The notes under the pieces are model-generated. The model had not been told where the DNA came from. It did not search any database and worked only from the letters and a program-made list of their open reading frames with translations. Source: Elainellaceae cyanobacterium (GTDB lineage Bacteria; Cyanobacteriota; Cyanobacteriia; CAZCXK01). Taken from it: 64,000 nucleotides of DNA. Made by a program: the position numbers and the translations under genes. Below are positions 53,589-64,000 of this stretch, piece by piece (the first letter of the stretch is position 1; every line of letters begins with the position of its first letter). The stretch covers positions 1 to 64,000 of the forward strand of contig JBNPEG010000086.1 in NCBI GenBank assembly GCA_051117555.1, written 5' to 3'.

Positions 53589-53698
53589 CTATTACAAGAC
53601 GGCAGACGTTTCATCACCCAGTGTGAGCGTCTTGCTCACGTCACAGGCAAGATGCCCGCATTCCTCAGGGTTGGCTCAGTTCTGCCAAACCGTACTAG
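53589..53698. mobile_element. Miniature inverted-repeat element
   Basis: Imperfect TIR CTATTACAAGACGGCAGA / TCTGCCAAACCGTACTAG; core shared with 35097..35180. Confidence 0.7.
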
Positions 53699-53854
53699 CT
53701 TGCTTTGAATCAATCTCAGCAAGCTAGACGCTCGATTCAAAGTGCTCACTATGAAGCTTGAAACAAGCGATGTAAGCAGGGCAGAGAGCTGAGGAAAGGT
53801 ATCCTGATACTCAAAATCACCATTTAACGATGATGCGCGATCGCCCACCCGGCA

Positions 53855-54199
53855 TTACATGCCAGGTAAATTAAGACCACCTGTCAATTCTTCCATACGC
53901 TCCCGCATCGTCTGGGTAGACTTGTTATAAGCATCTTTCATGGCTGCAGTGACCAGATCAGAGACGACATCAGCACCTTCACCTAGCACATCTGGAGAAA
54001 TCTCAACGCTGCGAGGTTCTTGATTGCCACTGAGAACAACCTTGACCATCCCGCCTCCAGCTTGTCCCTCAATATTCATTTGCTCAAGTTCTTCCTGGAG
54101 CCTCTTAGCACCCTCTTGAACCTGCTGAGCCTTCTTAAACGCTTCGGTGAGCTCTTTCATCTTGCTTAAGCCGAAGCCGAACCCTTGTCCTTTTGACAT
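53855..54199 (-). CDS. ybaB: YbaB/EbfC nucleoid-associated protein
   Basis: AQQVQ, G.AGGG.V.V, DLV.AA..DA and GGLNLPG motifs. Confidence 0.94.
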   Translation of the reverse strand: MSKGQGFGFGLSKMKELTEAFKKAQQVQEGAKRLQEELEQMNIEGQAGGGMVKVVLSGNQEPRSVEISPDVLGEGADVVSDLVTAAMKDAYNKSTQTMRERMEELTGGLNLPGM

Positions 54200-54385
54200 A
54201 ATCGTTTAACGCAGCTAAATAAAGTATGAACTTAACACATTAAAGTTAGCACTGTTGCTGATTTATGTCTCACCCCGGAGACGGTTATTCGCAACTTACA
54301 CTGATATGCCGCAGAAATGCAATGCCCCTTGAAATAGAGCCGCCAGAGGACGTGGTATCAGCCGAATCAGAGTGAGCCGCTCTCG

Positions 54386-55414
54386 CTAAAACTCTCCTAA
54401 CAACTTTACTTCAGGGTATAGCCAGAGCGACCATTGACGCTCGACCTGATGCTGAACATGCTGAATCAGGTGAAAAATATCGCTTGCTGTCGCATTCCCT
54501 ATATTCAAAATAAAATTGGCATGACGCTGTGCAACCTGCGCTCCTCCAATTTGATGCCCCTTCAACCCCGCCTGTTCGATGAGCCATCCGGCTGCGCGAG
54601 GACTCGGATTCCGAAACACGCTACCACAACTCGGAAGATGATAGGGTTGCGTCGTGCGGCGGTGTTCTAGATGGGCTGATGTTTGAGCGAGCACTCGTTT
54701 TGGATCACTCGCTGGGTTAAGTTGAAAGGTCGCTTGCGTAACGAGCCACGTCGCGCCTTGCAAATTCGAGGTGCGATAGGTATAGCCCAATTGATTGGTT
54801 GAGAGAGTATCTAGCGTGCCATTCGATGACAGCACGCAGGTATCAACTAAAATATCTGCGATGCTAGCAGCGTGAGCACCTGCATTCATAACGACGGCGC
54901 CGCCAACGGTGCCAGGAATACCGACTGCCCATTCCAGCCCACTCCAACCTCGCTCCGCTACTTGCCAAGCGAGACGAGCGATGGGTTCTCCCGCAGCGGC
55001 TGTGATTTGCCCGGCGTCTATATTAAAGATGGAGCTCCGTAGATATCGAGTACAGATGACTAGTCCAGGAATGCCGCGATCGCTCACGAGCAGGTTGGTT
55101 CCGGCACCTAACAAGGTTGTATTTACCCCCTGATGATTGGCCCACGCAAGACTTGCTTGCAAGTCAGTTAAGTTTCGAGGTGCGACATAAAGTTCTGCAG
55201 GTCCACCGACACGAAACGACGTAAGCTTAGCGAGCGGAACCTGGGGCTGAATTAAACATTGGCTGTCTGGAAGATGAATAGGAGTCACTTCACTCCCCAA
55301 GGGCTTATACGCACTGCGCGTTTTATTCAGCTCGGGAGTGTAAGAGTTTGCAATCACGGTATGAGAATTGGGCTCATCGCTGCGTATATTTGAGGATTCT
55401 TTCGAAAGCGCCAT
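54386..55414 (-). CDS. murB: UDP-N-acetylmuramate dehydrogenase
   Basis: VGGPA, GIPGTVGGA..MNAGA, GSVFRNP and HANF motifs. Confidence 0.96.
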   Translation of the reverse strand: MALSKESSNIRSDEPNSHTVIANSYTPELNKTRSAYKPLGSEVTPIHLPDSQCLIQPQVPLAKLTSFRVGGPAELYVAPRNLTDLQASLAWANHQGVNTTLLGAGTNLLVSDRGIPGLVICTRYLRSSIFNIDAGQITAAAGEPIARLAWQVAERGWSGLEWAVGIPGTVGGAVVMNAGAHAASIADILVDTCVLSSNGTLDTLSTNQLGYTYRTSNLQGATWLVTQATFQLNPASDPKRVLAQTSAHLEHRRTTQPYHLPSCGSVFRNPSPRAAGWLIEQAGLKGHQIGGAQVAQRHANFILNIGNATASDIFHLIQHVQHQVERQWSLWLYPEVKLLGEF

Positions 55415-55650
55415 AATCGTAACACACGGGAACACTGCTAAGGGTTTGAATGAAGCGCCTCAACTTCAAGAGACTGAGCGCAAATGATGGGAGATATTGC
55501 TAATAGACTGTGATGTCGGAATTATGCAAATGGCGGATGAGAAACAGCGACCGATATTAAGCAATACATTAAAGACACAAATGCCAAATAGACCTAACTA
55601 TCAGGCACCTAATAATCGCACGGGTTAATTATCTCTAGGCACATCAGCCA

Positions 55651-57195
55651 TTAGACAACCGCATGAATGTCACCTTCTTCTATTTTCTGATAGAAACTCA
55701 TCAAGTCAGGAATAACCTGATTGAGGTTCCCTGCGCCCAAAAATAGAACAATATCCCCCGACATTAACGTGTCTTTCAAAAAGGATGACACGGAGGTCAA
55801 TGTTGAGCGATAAAACACATTTGCATGATGGACGGCGATCGCATCTGCAACCTGTTGCCCTCTAACTCCACCGATTGATGACTCACCCGCGCTGTAAATG
55901 TCAGTTGTCACAACCAGGTTGGCGTTGCCAAACGATTGCCCAAATTCTTCTAGAAAAACGTGAGTTCGACTGTAGCGATGGGGCTGAAACACTGCAACCA
56001 CACGTTTCGATTTCGTGCCGTCTCCATCCGCTTGCAGACGCGCTGCCGCAAGGGTTGCACGGATTTCGCTTGGATGATGCGCATAATCATCAACAAAGAC
56101 GATATTGGCGTATTCACCCCGACGCTCAAATCGGCGACGAGCCCCCTCAAATAGAAGCAGCGCTGTTGCAATTTGATCGAATTGCAAGCCAACTGAACGG
56201 CCTACGGCTATAGCCGCCAGTGCATTGCTAAGATTATGCGTTCCTAACACCCTGAGCGTTAAGTCCCCTAAGTATTTACCTCGTTCCCAAATTTCAGCTG
56301 TTGTGCCGTTGGCACTATACCTAACTTGGTTAGCAATATAGTCAGCATGAGAATCGGGATTCAGACTATAGCTAATCTCAGGATGCAAATCTCTCTGAAC
56401 AACGTCACAGTCAATGCATCCGATTAAGATTTGACACCGCTGAGCAAACGTTTTGAATGTCTCGATCACGTCGTCTAAGGTTGCATAATGATCGGGATGA
56501 TCCAGCTCAATATTAGTAATGACACCAATCTGAGCCTCGAATTTAACGAGTGATCCGTCCGATTCATCGGCTTCTGCGATCAGATGTGCGCCATGACCTA
56601 ATCGTGCATTGCCTTCCCACGCTTTAACCTCACCCCCAACAATAATAGTGGGATCAAGCCCTGCTTCAAACAGCAGGTATCCAACCATACTGCTGGTCGT
56701 AGTTTTTCCGTGGGTTCCGGCGATCGCAATGCTTTCATAATCGCGCATCAACGCTGCCAGCAAATCTGAGCGATGGAGAATTGGACAGCCCAACTCTAAG
56801 GCAGCCCGATATTCAGAGTTTGCAGGATTGATCGCGGTTGAGCAGACGACCTGAGGTAGTTCTTCTTTTCGTAGAGTCGTTGATCTCTTACCAGCCGATT
56901 GAGGATCACAATCGGCTGCTGATGCAGGATGACTGCAATTAGAGTCAATTGGCAGCGTCTCAATCAAATGAGGCTGAACCTTTGCCTGAAAGAACTCTAA
57001 ATTTGAAGCATCTTGGCTCAAAAAGATGTGAGCCCCTTCCTCTTGCAGTCGCTGCGTAATATGACTTAAGCAAATATCTGAGCCAGAAACTGGCAGATTA
57101 CGCTTTGCTAAGATGTAGGCGAGAGCAGACATTCCAATTCCACCGATCCCGATGAAGTGGAATGGTCTCCCGCTGAAATCCACAGAATTCAGCAT
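55651..57195 (-). CDS. murC: UDP-N-acetylmuramate--L-alanine ligase
   Basis: GIGGIGMS, GTHGKTTT, EADESD and DDYAHHP motifs. Confidence 0.97.
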   Translation of the reverse strand: MLNSVDFSGRPFHFIGIGGIGMSALAYILAKRNLPVSGSDICLSHITQRLQEEGAHIFLSQDASNLEFFQAKVQPHLIETLPIDSNCSHPASAADCDPQSAGKRSTTLRKEELPQVVCSTAINPANSEYRAALELGCPILHRSDLLAALMRDYESIAIAGTHGKTTTSSMVGYLLFEAGLDPTIIVGGEVKAWEGNARLGHGAHLIAEADESDGSLVKFEAQIGVITNIELDHPDHYATLDDVIETFKTFAQRCQILIGCIDCDVVQRDLHPEISYSLNPDSHADYIANQVRYSANGTTAEIWERGKYLGDLTLRVLGTHNLSNALAAIAVGRSVGLQFDQIATALLLFEGARRRFERRGEYANIVFVDDYAHHPSEIRATLAAARLQADGDGTKSKRVVAVFQPHRYSRTHVFLEEFGQSFGNANLVVTTDIYSAGESSIGGVRGQQVADAIAVHHANVFYRSTLTSVSSFLKDTLMSGDIVLFLGAGNLNQVIPDLMSFYQKIEEGDIHAVV

Positions 57196-57524
57196 TCTAG
57201 CTCCTTACACACCACACCACACCCGTAACACGCGATATCATAGCAAGAATTCTCTTTTGGTGATACTTGAAAGCAAACGAATTCGCTGACTATTACCATT
57301 TCTGCTTAACATTATTTGAGGTTAATCATTCTCAACGATGGGAGCTCGACTCGGTTAGCAGAGCAATATCGAAGAAAATGATAAAAGAGGCTCGGTGATT
57401 CTGACGATTTAGATAAGCTCCTCTATGAAGGTTTTACAGGGTAGGACTCTCAGCATTCCGGAATAAATCAATAATATTGATATCGGTACTGCGTATCAGC
57501 TGAGCCAATCACCGTAATTAGGCT

Positions 57525-58274
57525 GTGACTAAATTAGGAATTTTAGGTGGCACGTTCAATCCAGTACATTGGGGGCATTTGCTGATTGCAGAAACTGCCC
57601 GCGATCAGTGCATGCTGGATCGGGTGATTTGGGTGCCCACCCACTATCCGCCATATAAGTCGCCCAATCGCCAGGTTGCGTTTACTCATCGGCTAGAAAT
57701 GGTTAACCGGGCGATCGCCTCAAATCCAGGATTTTGTTCATCTGCTGCTGAGCGTGACCATACCCACGCGTCGTTTGCCGCTGAAACGTGGGCTAAATTA
57801 AACTCACTCTATCCAAACTGTCATTGGTACTGGATTATTGGGCTCGATGCATTTCTATCGTTGCCTAAATGGCATCGGGTTAAGGAGTTCGCATCACACT
57901 GCCACTGGCTCGTCGCGCCCCGATTCCTGCCTGATCCGCTTCAATCATCTAGTTCCCAACTATCGAGTGAGGGCAGGAATGAGGATGGAGATTCCAACTG
58001 CTTGTCGAGCAATCATATCCATTATTCCGATTTCAATTCATCTATTCGTGACATTTGCCGACAGATTGCTCAGGCACTCAGTCAGCAGTCCGTCGAGATT
58101 CAATGGCAAATCTTACATGCGCCACACCTTGAAATTTCGTCCACTCTAGTTCGCCAATATTGTGGCGATCGCCGCTCTATTCGCTATCTCGTGCCAGAGT
58201 CAGTTCGCCTCTATATCAACGACCATCAGCTTTATCAGAATTTCTCTAAGCCCCCTTCACATGATCCCGAGTGA
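57525..58274 (+). CDS. nadD: Nicotinate-nucleotide adenylyltransferase
   Basis: GGTFNPVHWGH, IIG.D and ISST motifs. Confidence 0.94.
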   Translation: MTKLGILGGTFNPVHWGHLLIAETARDQCMLDRVIWVPTHYPPYKSPNRQVAFTHRLEMVNRAIASNPGFCSSAAERDHTHASFAAETWAKLNSLYPNCHWYWIIGLDAFLSLPKWHRVKEFASHCHWLVAPRFLPDPLQSSSSQLSSEGRNEDGDSNCLSSNHIHYSDFNSSIRDICRQIAQALSQQSVEIQWQILHAPHLEISSTLVRQYCGDRRSIRYLVPESVRLYINDHQLYQNFSKPPSHDPE

Positions 58275-58276
58275 CC

Positions 58277-58308
58277 CTCAATTTTTCTAAGTCGCTGAGA
58301 AAATTGAG
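58277..58308 (+). terminator. Stem-loop after nadD
   Basis: CTCAATTTT / AAAATTGAG arms. Confidence 0.5.
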
Positions 58309-58417
58309 TCAAATCCACAGACGAACGAGATCACCTACTTGAGAGGCAGGTGACTTAAGGTGATATGATCTGAACCATTACTGGAGGCTTTACGTAGAAA
58401 ATAGAGGGCAAGACGCA

Positions 58418-59428
58418 GTGATTAGAGTAGCTATTAACGGTTTTGGTCGCATCGGTCGCAACTTTATGCGCTGCTGGCTCACTCGTGAAAACAGCCAGCT
58501 AGAGGTCGTCGCTGTCAATGACACCTCCGATCCGAAGACGAACGCTCATCTATTAAAATATGACTCTATGTTGGGCAAGTTAGACGCAGACATTGGTGCT
58601 GACGATAACTCCCTGATTGTGAATGGAAAAACTATTAAATGTACATCGGATCGCAACCCTGCCAACTTGCCTTGGGGAACCTGGGACATTGATTTGATCA
58701 TCGAATCGACCGGGGTCTTTAGGACGAAGGAGGGAGCATCGAAGCATCTTGACGCAGGTGCAAAAAAGGTGCTAATTACAGCTCCTGGAAAGGGAGAAGA
58801 CGGCACGTTCGTCATGGGTGTTAACCACGATTCCTATGACCATGATCGACATGTGGTCATCAGCAATGCGAGTTGTACTACTAACTGTCTTGCACCCATT
58901 GCAAAGGTCATCAACGACAACTTTGGCATCATCAAAGGAACGATGACCACAACCCATAGCTATACTGGCGACCAACGGTTGTTGGATGCAAGCCATCGAG
59001 ATTTGCGTCGAGCCCGCGCTGCTGCGCTCAACATTGTTCCTACATCAACCGGAGCTGCCAAAGCCGTTGCTCTCGTTCTTCCAGAGTTGCAGGGCAAACT
59101 AAATGGAATTGCCCTCCGGGTGCCAACCCCGAATGTATCGGTTGTCGATTTGGTGGCTCAAGTTGAAAAAAAGACAATCGCCGAGCAAGTGAATGAGGTC
59201 TTCAAATCTGCGGCTGAAGGCCCAATGAAGGGAATCTTGGCCTACAGTGACCTAGAGCTTGTTTCATGCGACTACCGAGGACATGACGCATCATCAATCA
59301 TTGATTCTAGTTTGACTCTGGTGATGGGGGGTGACATGGTCAAGGTCATCGGGTGGTACGACAACGAATGGGGATATAGCCAGCGAGTCGTTGATTTGGC
59401 CGAAGTTGTCGCTCAACGATGGCGCTAA
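58418..59428 (+). CDS. gap2: NAD(P)-dependent glyceraldehyde-3-phosphate dehydrogenase (Gap2)
   Basis: [17 protein letters not shown] and [15 protein letters not shown] motifs. Confidence 0.95.
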   Translation: MIRVAINGFGRIGRNFMRCWLTRENSQLEVVAVNDTSDPKTNAHLLKYDSMLGKLDADIGADDNSLIVNGKTIKCTSDRNPANLPWGTWDIDLIIESTGVFRTKEGASKHLDAGAKKVLITAPGKGEDGTFVMGVNHDSYDHDRHVVISNASCTTNCLAPIAKVINDNFGIIKGTMTTTHSYTGDQRLLDASHRDLRRARAAALNIVPTSTGAAKAVALVLPELQGKLNGIALRVPTPNVSVVDLVAQVEKKTIAEQVNEVFKSAAEGPMKGILAYSDLELVSCDYRGHDASSIIDSSLTLVMGGDMVKVIGWYDNEWGYSQRVVDLAEVVAQRWR

Positions 59429-59481
59429 CTTCGATGCGTTACCTCGCTTAGATGTGAGCACGAATGATTCACTAGTTAATG

Positions 59482-59508
59482 GAGCAAGGATTCTCTTGCT
59501 CTTTTTTT
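59482..59508 (+). terminator. Intrinsic terminator of gap2
   Basis: GAGCAAG-N6-CTTGCTC followed by T7. Confidence 0.85.
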
Positions 59509-59880
59509 GATTTGGCACGCATGTCTTTCCTAAGCTGCTAGGACAAGTGATTAGAATCTGTATCGTGAGAGATAATGCTGTCGTGCTGAGATAGCAACTT
59601 TCTCACGGATAGATCCCCCCTTCACTTACTATTGCGCACGCAGAATTGCGGTGTATGTCTTGCTCTGACCGTGAGTGCTCTAAATGAGTGCCGTAAACGG
59701 GTCCATCGAGGCTTTGCAGGCCGCTCCGCGTAGCCCGCGGATTACACATAATCACAATTAATAGTCATCCTGACTCTTAAAATAGAAGAAGTCATGTCTG
59801 CTCAAGCCGACTCCGGATAACATCGCAATTACCCTACGTTCAACTTGAACAGGGGCAAGCCAAGAACCACGCGACTCAAG

Positions 59881-60597
59881 CTATTCTGCCATCTCTTCTT
59901 GCATTTCATTAGGAGCTTCAAACTTATACCCCACTCCCCGAACCGTTTGAATCAGGGCGGGCTGGGAGGTATCTGTTTCAATCTTTTTACGAATCTGCCC
60001 AATATGGACATCGACGACCCGCTGGTCTCCGACATATTCGTAATCCCAAACTTTTTGGATCAATTCTGCTCGACGCCAAACCCGCCCAGGATGGCTTGCC
60101 AGGAAATGGAGCAAATCAAATTCAAGTGCGGTTAATGGAACAATGGCGTCATTGAGCGTCACCTCGCGCCGAACTGGGTCAATGACAAGCCGATTAAATG
60201 TTAAGCATTGTTGTTCGGCGGTCGTGACCGGGCGCTGCCGCTTTAAGATTGCGCCAACACGAACCTCCAACTCTCCCAAGCTAAAGGGTTTGGTTAAATA
60301 ATCGTCTGCGCCTTGAGAAAAGCCTTTAATTTTATCAGCTTCATCCGTGCGACTTGTTAACATCAAGACAAAGACCCCAGTTCGCCGCTGCATCTCTTCA
60401 CAAAGAGCGTAGCCCGTGGCGTCGGGTAAATTGACATCTAAGATGACTAAATCAGGGTTGAACTGCTCAAAGGTAGCTAATGCAGTTTTTCCGTCTTCGG
60501 CAGACTCCATCTGGTAATCATGCTTAGATAAAAACCGATGAATCAGCGTTCGAATGGAAGGGTCGTCGTCAACTACAAGAATCTTGGCTGAGGCCAT
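59881..60597 (-). CDS. OmpR-family response regulator (no adjacent kinase)
   Basis: VVDDD, LD..LP, KPF and winged-helix TVRGVGY motifs. Confidence 0.95.
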   Translation of the reverse strand: MASAKILVVDDDPSIRTLIHRFLSKHDYQMESAEDGKTALATFEQFNPDLVILDVNLPDATGYALCEEMQRRTGVFVLMLTSRTDEADKIKGFSQGADDYLTKPFSLGELEVRVGAILKRQRPVTTAEQQCLTFNRLVIDPVRREVTLNDAIVPLTALEFDLLHFLASHPGRVWRRAELIQKVWDYEYVGDQRVVDVHIGQIRKKIETDTSQPALIQTVRGVGYKFEAPNEMQEEMAE

Positions 60598-60998
60598 GAC
60601 CGTTACCTTACATTTGGGGAGTGAGTGGACATCAAAGTGAGTGGACATTAATTATGAGCTAAGAAAACTTGGATAAAGATTCAATGTGGAATATTTAACT
60701 TTGTTCCGATTCGCTTCAAAATGGACATGAGTTTCTGCAACCCTGTTCGGATATTGAACCCATTATGATCCATTAATCGGTAATGAAAATAAAACTCATG
60801 CAGTTTAACCCGCTTTTCCTTTATACGGTAAACGTACCGCTAATGACCAACCTTACAGTCAGGTTAAAGATAAATGCTTATCCCATAGAAATGCCAACTG
60901 TGTTAAGACGTTCAAAAAAACTAGAATGTTCTCAGGTGGCCTATTTTCCAAATTAGTAATCATAATTGAGTAAGTTGGGGGTTTTTCGGAGATTGCAG

Positions 60999-61613
60999 AT
61001 GGGTGAGCCGAATTACTACGAAAAGCTGGGTTTGGATGAGAGTTCTTCATTCGAAGAAATTCAGGATGCTCGTAATCGCCTACTGGAGGAGCACAGTGGC
61101 GATCGCAAGCAGCAGGAGACGATTGAGGCTGCGTACGACGCGATCTTGATGGATCGCTTACGTCTCCGTCAAGAAGGCAAAATCAAAGTGCCAGATCGGA
61201 TTCGTTTTCCAGAACGTCTAGCCGAGCCTCCTCCTGACATTAATACAGCGCCAAGGCAGCAGGCTCCGGAATGGCTGCAACGCTTTATTGATACTCCGAG
61301 TCGCGAAGAAATTTTATGGCCCGCTGTGTCATTCGTTGCGATTGGGTTACTCAGCTTGGTGGATGCATCATATGCGGCGCTTTCACTGGCGATCGCTGCC
61401 GGGTTTAGCCTATATTTCTTAAATCGCAAGGAGCGTAAATTTGGGCGAGCATTTTTGCTGACTCTGATTGGCCTGATCGGAGGAGTCTTTGTAGGTCTGC
61501 AACTTGGGAATCTGATGCAAAGCCAGCTTGAAGCGGTCAGTTTAGCACCTGATTCATTCGCAGTCTTGGTGACAGCATTTTTGCTTTGGTTGATTAGCAG
61601 CTTTTTGCGGTGA
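60999..61613 (+). CDS. CPP1-like (J-like domain) membrane protein
   Basis: Y..LG....SFEEIQ.AR, EAAYDAILM.RLR.RQEG; 3 TM helices. Confidence 0.9.
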   Translation: MGEPNYYEKLGLDESSSFEEIQDARNRLLEEHSGDRKQQETIEAAYDAILMDRLRLRQEGKIKVPDRIRFPERLAEPPPDINTAPRQQAPEWLQRFIDTPSREEILWPAVSFVAIGLLSLVDASYAALSLAIAAGFSLYFLNRKERKFGRAFLLTLIGLIGGVFVGLQLGNLMQSQLEAVSLAPDSFAVLVTAFLLWLISSFLR

Positions 61614-61790
61614 CGATTGTCAGAAAACCTTGAAATTTGAGGTCAAATATTCATGGGAGCTTTAAAAAAATAACGTCACACGTTGGAGCAGTCAGCAGTC
61701 AGCACTCGGCGGTCAAAATTCGGCGAAAAGCTGACATATGCTCAAAACGTGCGAAGTTGCTTGTTATTAAGCGTTATTAAGCCCATCGGA

Positions 61791-62498
61791 TTAGGCGCGC
61801 TCAGATGATTGAAGCCATGATTTTGTGGCGATAATTTCGAGGGCTTCAGTCAAATCAGCCGCAATCCAGTCAGGCTCATAGTTCATCAACTGGTCGCGAT
61901 CGCGAATTCCACATAAAACGCCAATGACCGGGATGCCGTGTGCTTTCGCAGATAAAATATCAGCCTCGGTATCTCCAATCATCCACGTTTCTGCCGCATG
62001 TGGCATTTCCAATAATGCTTGTTGCATGAGCAGCGTTTTTTCTTCGATGTCTGTGGTCTTAAATGCCCGATTACATCGACAGTAGCGATGGTCTTCTGGA
62101 AACAGATCCGTCAAATCGAACTGCTTGAGGGCATACTCTAGCTCATGAAGTCGCCGCATGGTCATCAGCGTTAAATCAATATTCATCCGCTGAATTTGCT
62201 GTAGCGCTTCACGAGCGTCGGGCATTAGTTGGTCAAAACACAGATACGGAAGCGTATGCACCGTTTTTCGTCGAAGTTGGGCAAACGTTCTACCTTGCAT
62301 TTCATCTAGCCCTGAAATTTGACCGATTTGCCGCTCAGGGACGCGCGATCGTTTCAGTGCCCAAAACTCGGTCTTAGATAGCCAACGCACCGATTGCTCT
62401 GGACGGCGAACTTGGTCTAGGCAAAAGTGATATACGCGATAATACCGTTCTGAGACGTCTACAATTGGACCATCAAAATCGGTAATAAGCCTCAGCAT
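61791..62498 (-). CDS. HAD family hydrolase
   Basis: DFDGP and GDTEAD motifs. Confidence 0.9.
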   Translation of the reverse strand: MLRLITDFDGPIVDVSERYYRVYHFCLDQVRRPEQSVRWLSKTEFWALKRSRVPERQIGQISGLDEMQGRTFAQLRRKTVHTLPYLCFDQLMPDAREALQQIQRMNIDLTLMTMRRLHELEYALKQFDLTDLFPEDHRYCRCNRAFKTTDIEEKTLLMQQALLEMPHAAETWMIGDTEADILSAKAHGIPVIGVLCGIRDRDQLMNYEPDWIAADLTEALEIIATKSWLQSSERA

Positions 62499-62663
62499 AA
62501 GGAAATGCCTTCTAGAACTATTAATTTTTATTGCACGCCCATTACAGATTATCCTATTCCCCGTGCTGAAACAGATTTTCTTAAGATATATAGCGGCATG
62601 CGCTTGGGTTAAGTAGGGTGATGTGGCCCAGAAATAAAAAATTGCGCACCCTGTATAAACAGC

Positions 62664-62693
62664 ATTAGGGGCAGTTCGTGAACCGCCCCTAAT
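62664..62693. repeat. REP-like palindrome / possible terminator
   Basis: ATTAGGGGCAGTTCGTGAACCGCCCCTAAT. Confidence 0.65.
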
Positions 62694-62738
62694 ATCTTAT
62701 TTACATAGATCTGCTCCACCACCTACCGAGTGCGATGA

Positions 62739-63197
62739 TTAGCGATAACGTCTGCGCTTAGCACTGGTTTGGCGAGACAGTTTTGCATGGCGGCGTACTG
62801 ATGACCGGCGGCGACGAGACGCTGTTGCCCCTACGCCCATAATGCCGAGCAGCGCGGGCAACTGAAAATTGCTAGAGCGATGCTGCCGAGCTACATAGTC
62901 GGCATTCTGCGTTACTCGGTCGGCGTGCCGATCTTGATTCCGCTGTATGTAGTTGGAATATACGGCATCAGCAGCAGACGCAATGCTTGTTGCGATTAGT
63001 AGTCCTAAAATAACAGGACTCTTTGCATCGGAGTGTCCCTTCTTGATGGTGTAGGTCGCATAGATGAAATAAATGAATATGAGAGCGCTGACCACACATA
63101 GAATGCCCATAATCACAGGGCGATCGGCAAACGTATAGATGGGACCAGTAGCCTCATAAAATTCATCGTATGTTGAAAATGGGCTAGAGCCACGCAT
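62739..63197 (-). CDS. Hypothetical membrane protein downstream of amt
   Basis: Strong RBS (AAGGAG); 2-3 hydrophobic segments; Arg-rich tail. Confidence 0.75.
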   Translation of the reverse strand: MRGSSPFSTYDEFYEATGPIYTFADRPVIMGILCVVSALIFIYFIYATYTIKKGHSDAKSPVILGLLIATSIASAADAVYSNYIQRNQDRHADRVTQNADYVARQHRSSNFQLPALLGIMGVGATASRRRRSSVRRHAKLSRQTSAKRRRYR

Positions 63198-63254
63198 AGT
63201 TCTCTCTCCTTAGGGGTAATAACTGAAGCGATCGCAAGTTTACAAGTCGCACCA

Positions 63255-64000
63255 TTATTTGATCGATGTCATCGGAGCTTCTTCTCCCGGAACGATCGAA
63301 TATTCTGGATAGCCTTGAGTCCCAAAGTCCCCCATATCCAGACCTTCGATTTCTTCCTCACGAGGAACTCTCAACAGGTTCATCTGCTTCAGTACCCAAC
63401 TCACGCCATAGCCAGGGATAAACCCTAACAGAATGGTGCAAACTAGGGTTGGAATCAACTGACCAATGAAACCCGTTGCGGGATACCCATCTCCTTGGAT
63501 GTATCCGGTCGCCATCACGCCAACCGCCATCGCGCCAAAAACCCCGCAATAGCCGTGAACCGCAAACGCACCCACGGCATCATCGATGCCAATCTTCTCA
63601 ATCCACATACCCACCCAAGGCATGGTCAACGCGCCGATGAATGCAATCGGGATAACCAGCAGTGGCGCATAGAGGTCAAGCCCTGCGCCAACAGAAATGA
63701 TGCCAGCCAGCCCCCCCGAAATGGTAAAGAAGGGATCGCCCTTTGACCCGATGTACGCACCCACAATACCGATACAGAGCGCAAGGGTCGTATTGACTGC
63801 AATCGAAGCCAATGTCATGGGAGTGTCATAAATGGTAGTTTCTCTGGCAAAGCCGGGGCTATAAATGACACATGCCGCTAAAAAGGCATAAAACCCAACA
63901 AAGATAAGCATGAGCCCAACCATTGTTAAGGGAAGGTTGTGAGGCAAAATTGCTCTTGGCTTACCATCGGCGTCATATTTACCAATGCGGGGGCCTAGAT
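63255..64000 (-). CDS. amt: Ammonium transporter (Amt) family protein, 5' part outside window
   Basis: LGPRIGKY, PHN, IDDAVGAFAVHG and LRV..EEE..GLD motifs. Confidence 0.9.
   Translation of the reverse strand, partial: LGPRIGKYDADGKPRAILPHNLPLTMVGLMLIFVGFYAFLAACVIYSPGFARETTIYDTPMTLASIAVNTTLALCIGIVGAYIGSKGDPFFTISGGLAGIISVGAGLDLYAPLLVIPIAFIGALTMPWVGMWIEKIGIDDAVGAFAVHGYCGVFGAMAVGVMATGYIQGDGYPATGFIGQLIPTLVCTILLGFIPGYGVSWVLKQMNLLRVPREEEIEGLDMGDFGTQGYPEYSIVPGEEAPMTSIK

Noticed and set aside
20081..59428. CP12 and gap2 as a cluster
   Set aside because: Functionally related but about 38 kb apart with unrelated genes between
59510..59880. Possible ncRNA or 42-codon minus-strand ORF between gap2 and the response regulator
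   Set aside because: No recognisable RNA family, RBS or motif; cannot be supported without an Rfam or conservation search

Overview
Chromosomal window from a cyanobacterium, most likely a filamentous Leptolyngbya/Oculatellaceae-type organism. Evidence: dense HIP1 octamers (GCGATCGC), CP12, vipp1, ftsH2, gap2 and a TftA-like amidase. Most of it is core genes: dnaX, vipp1, ftsH, gltX, tsaE, trmB, xfp, D-LDH, cofH, map, queA, dnaG, ybaB-murB-murC, nadD, gap2 and a partial amt. Four things stand out. (1) A chromosomal actin-like parM plus parR-like operon (CorM/CorR type) diverges from ftsH, with a 4 x 15-bp iteron-like array at its 5' end. (2) Two gene truncations or fusions have breakpoints exactly on HIP1 sites: a TamB-like gene fused to a copied secreted-protein fragment, and a haemagglutinin gene fused to a CHAT gene that lost its start. 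(3) A family of secreted proteins shares an N-terminal domain but has different C-termini. (4) Many non-autonomous miniature elements occur, several with target-site duplications, one nested, carrying REP-like hairpins. No rRNA, tRNA or CRISPR array was recognised. All product calls come from motif recognition by eye, not database searches.
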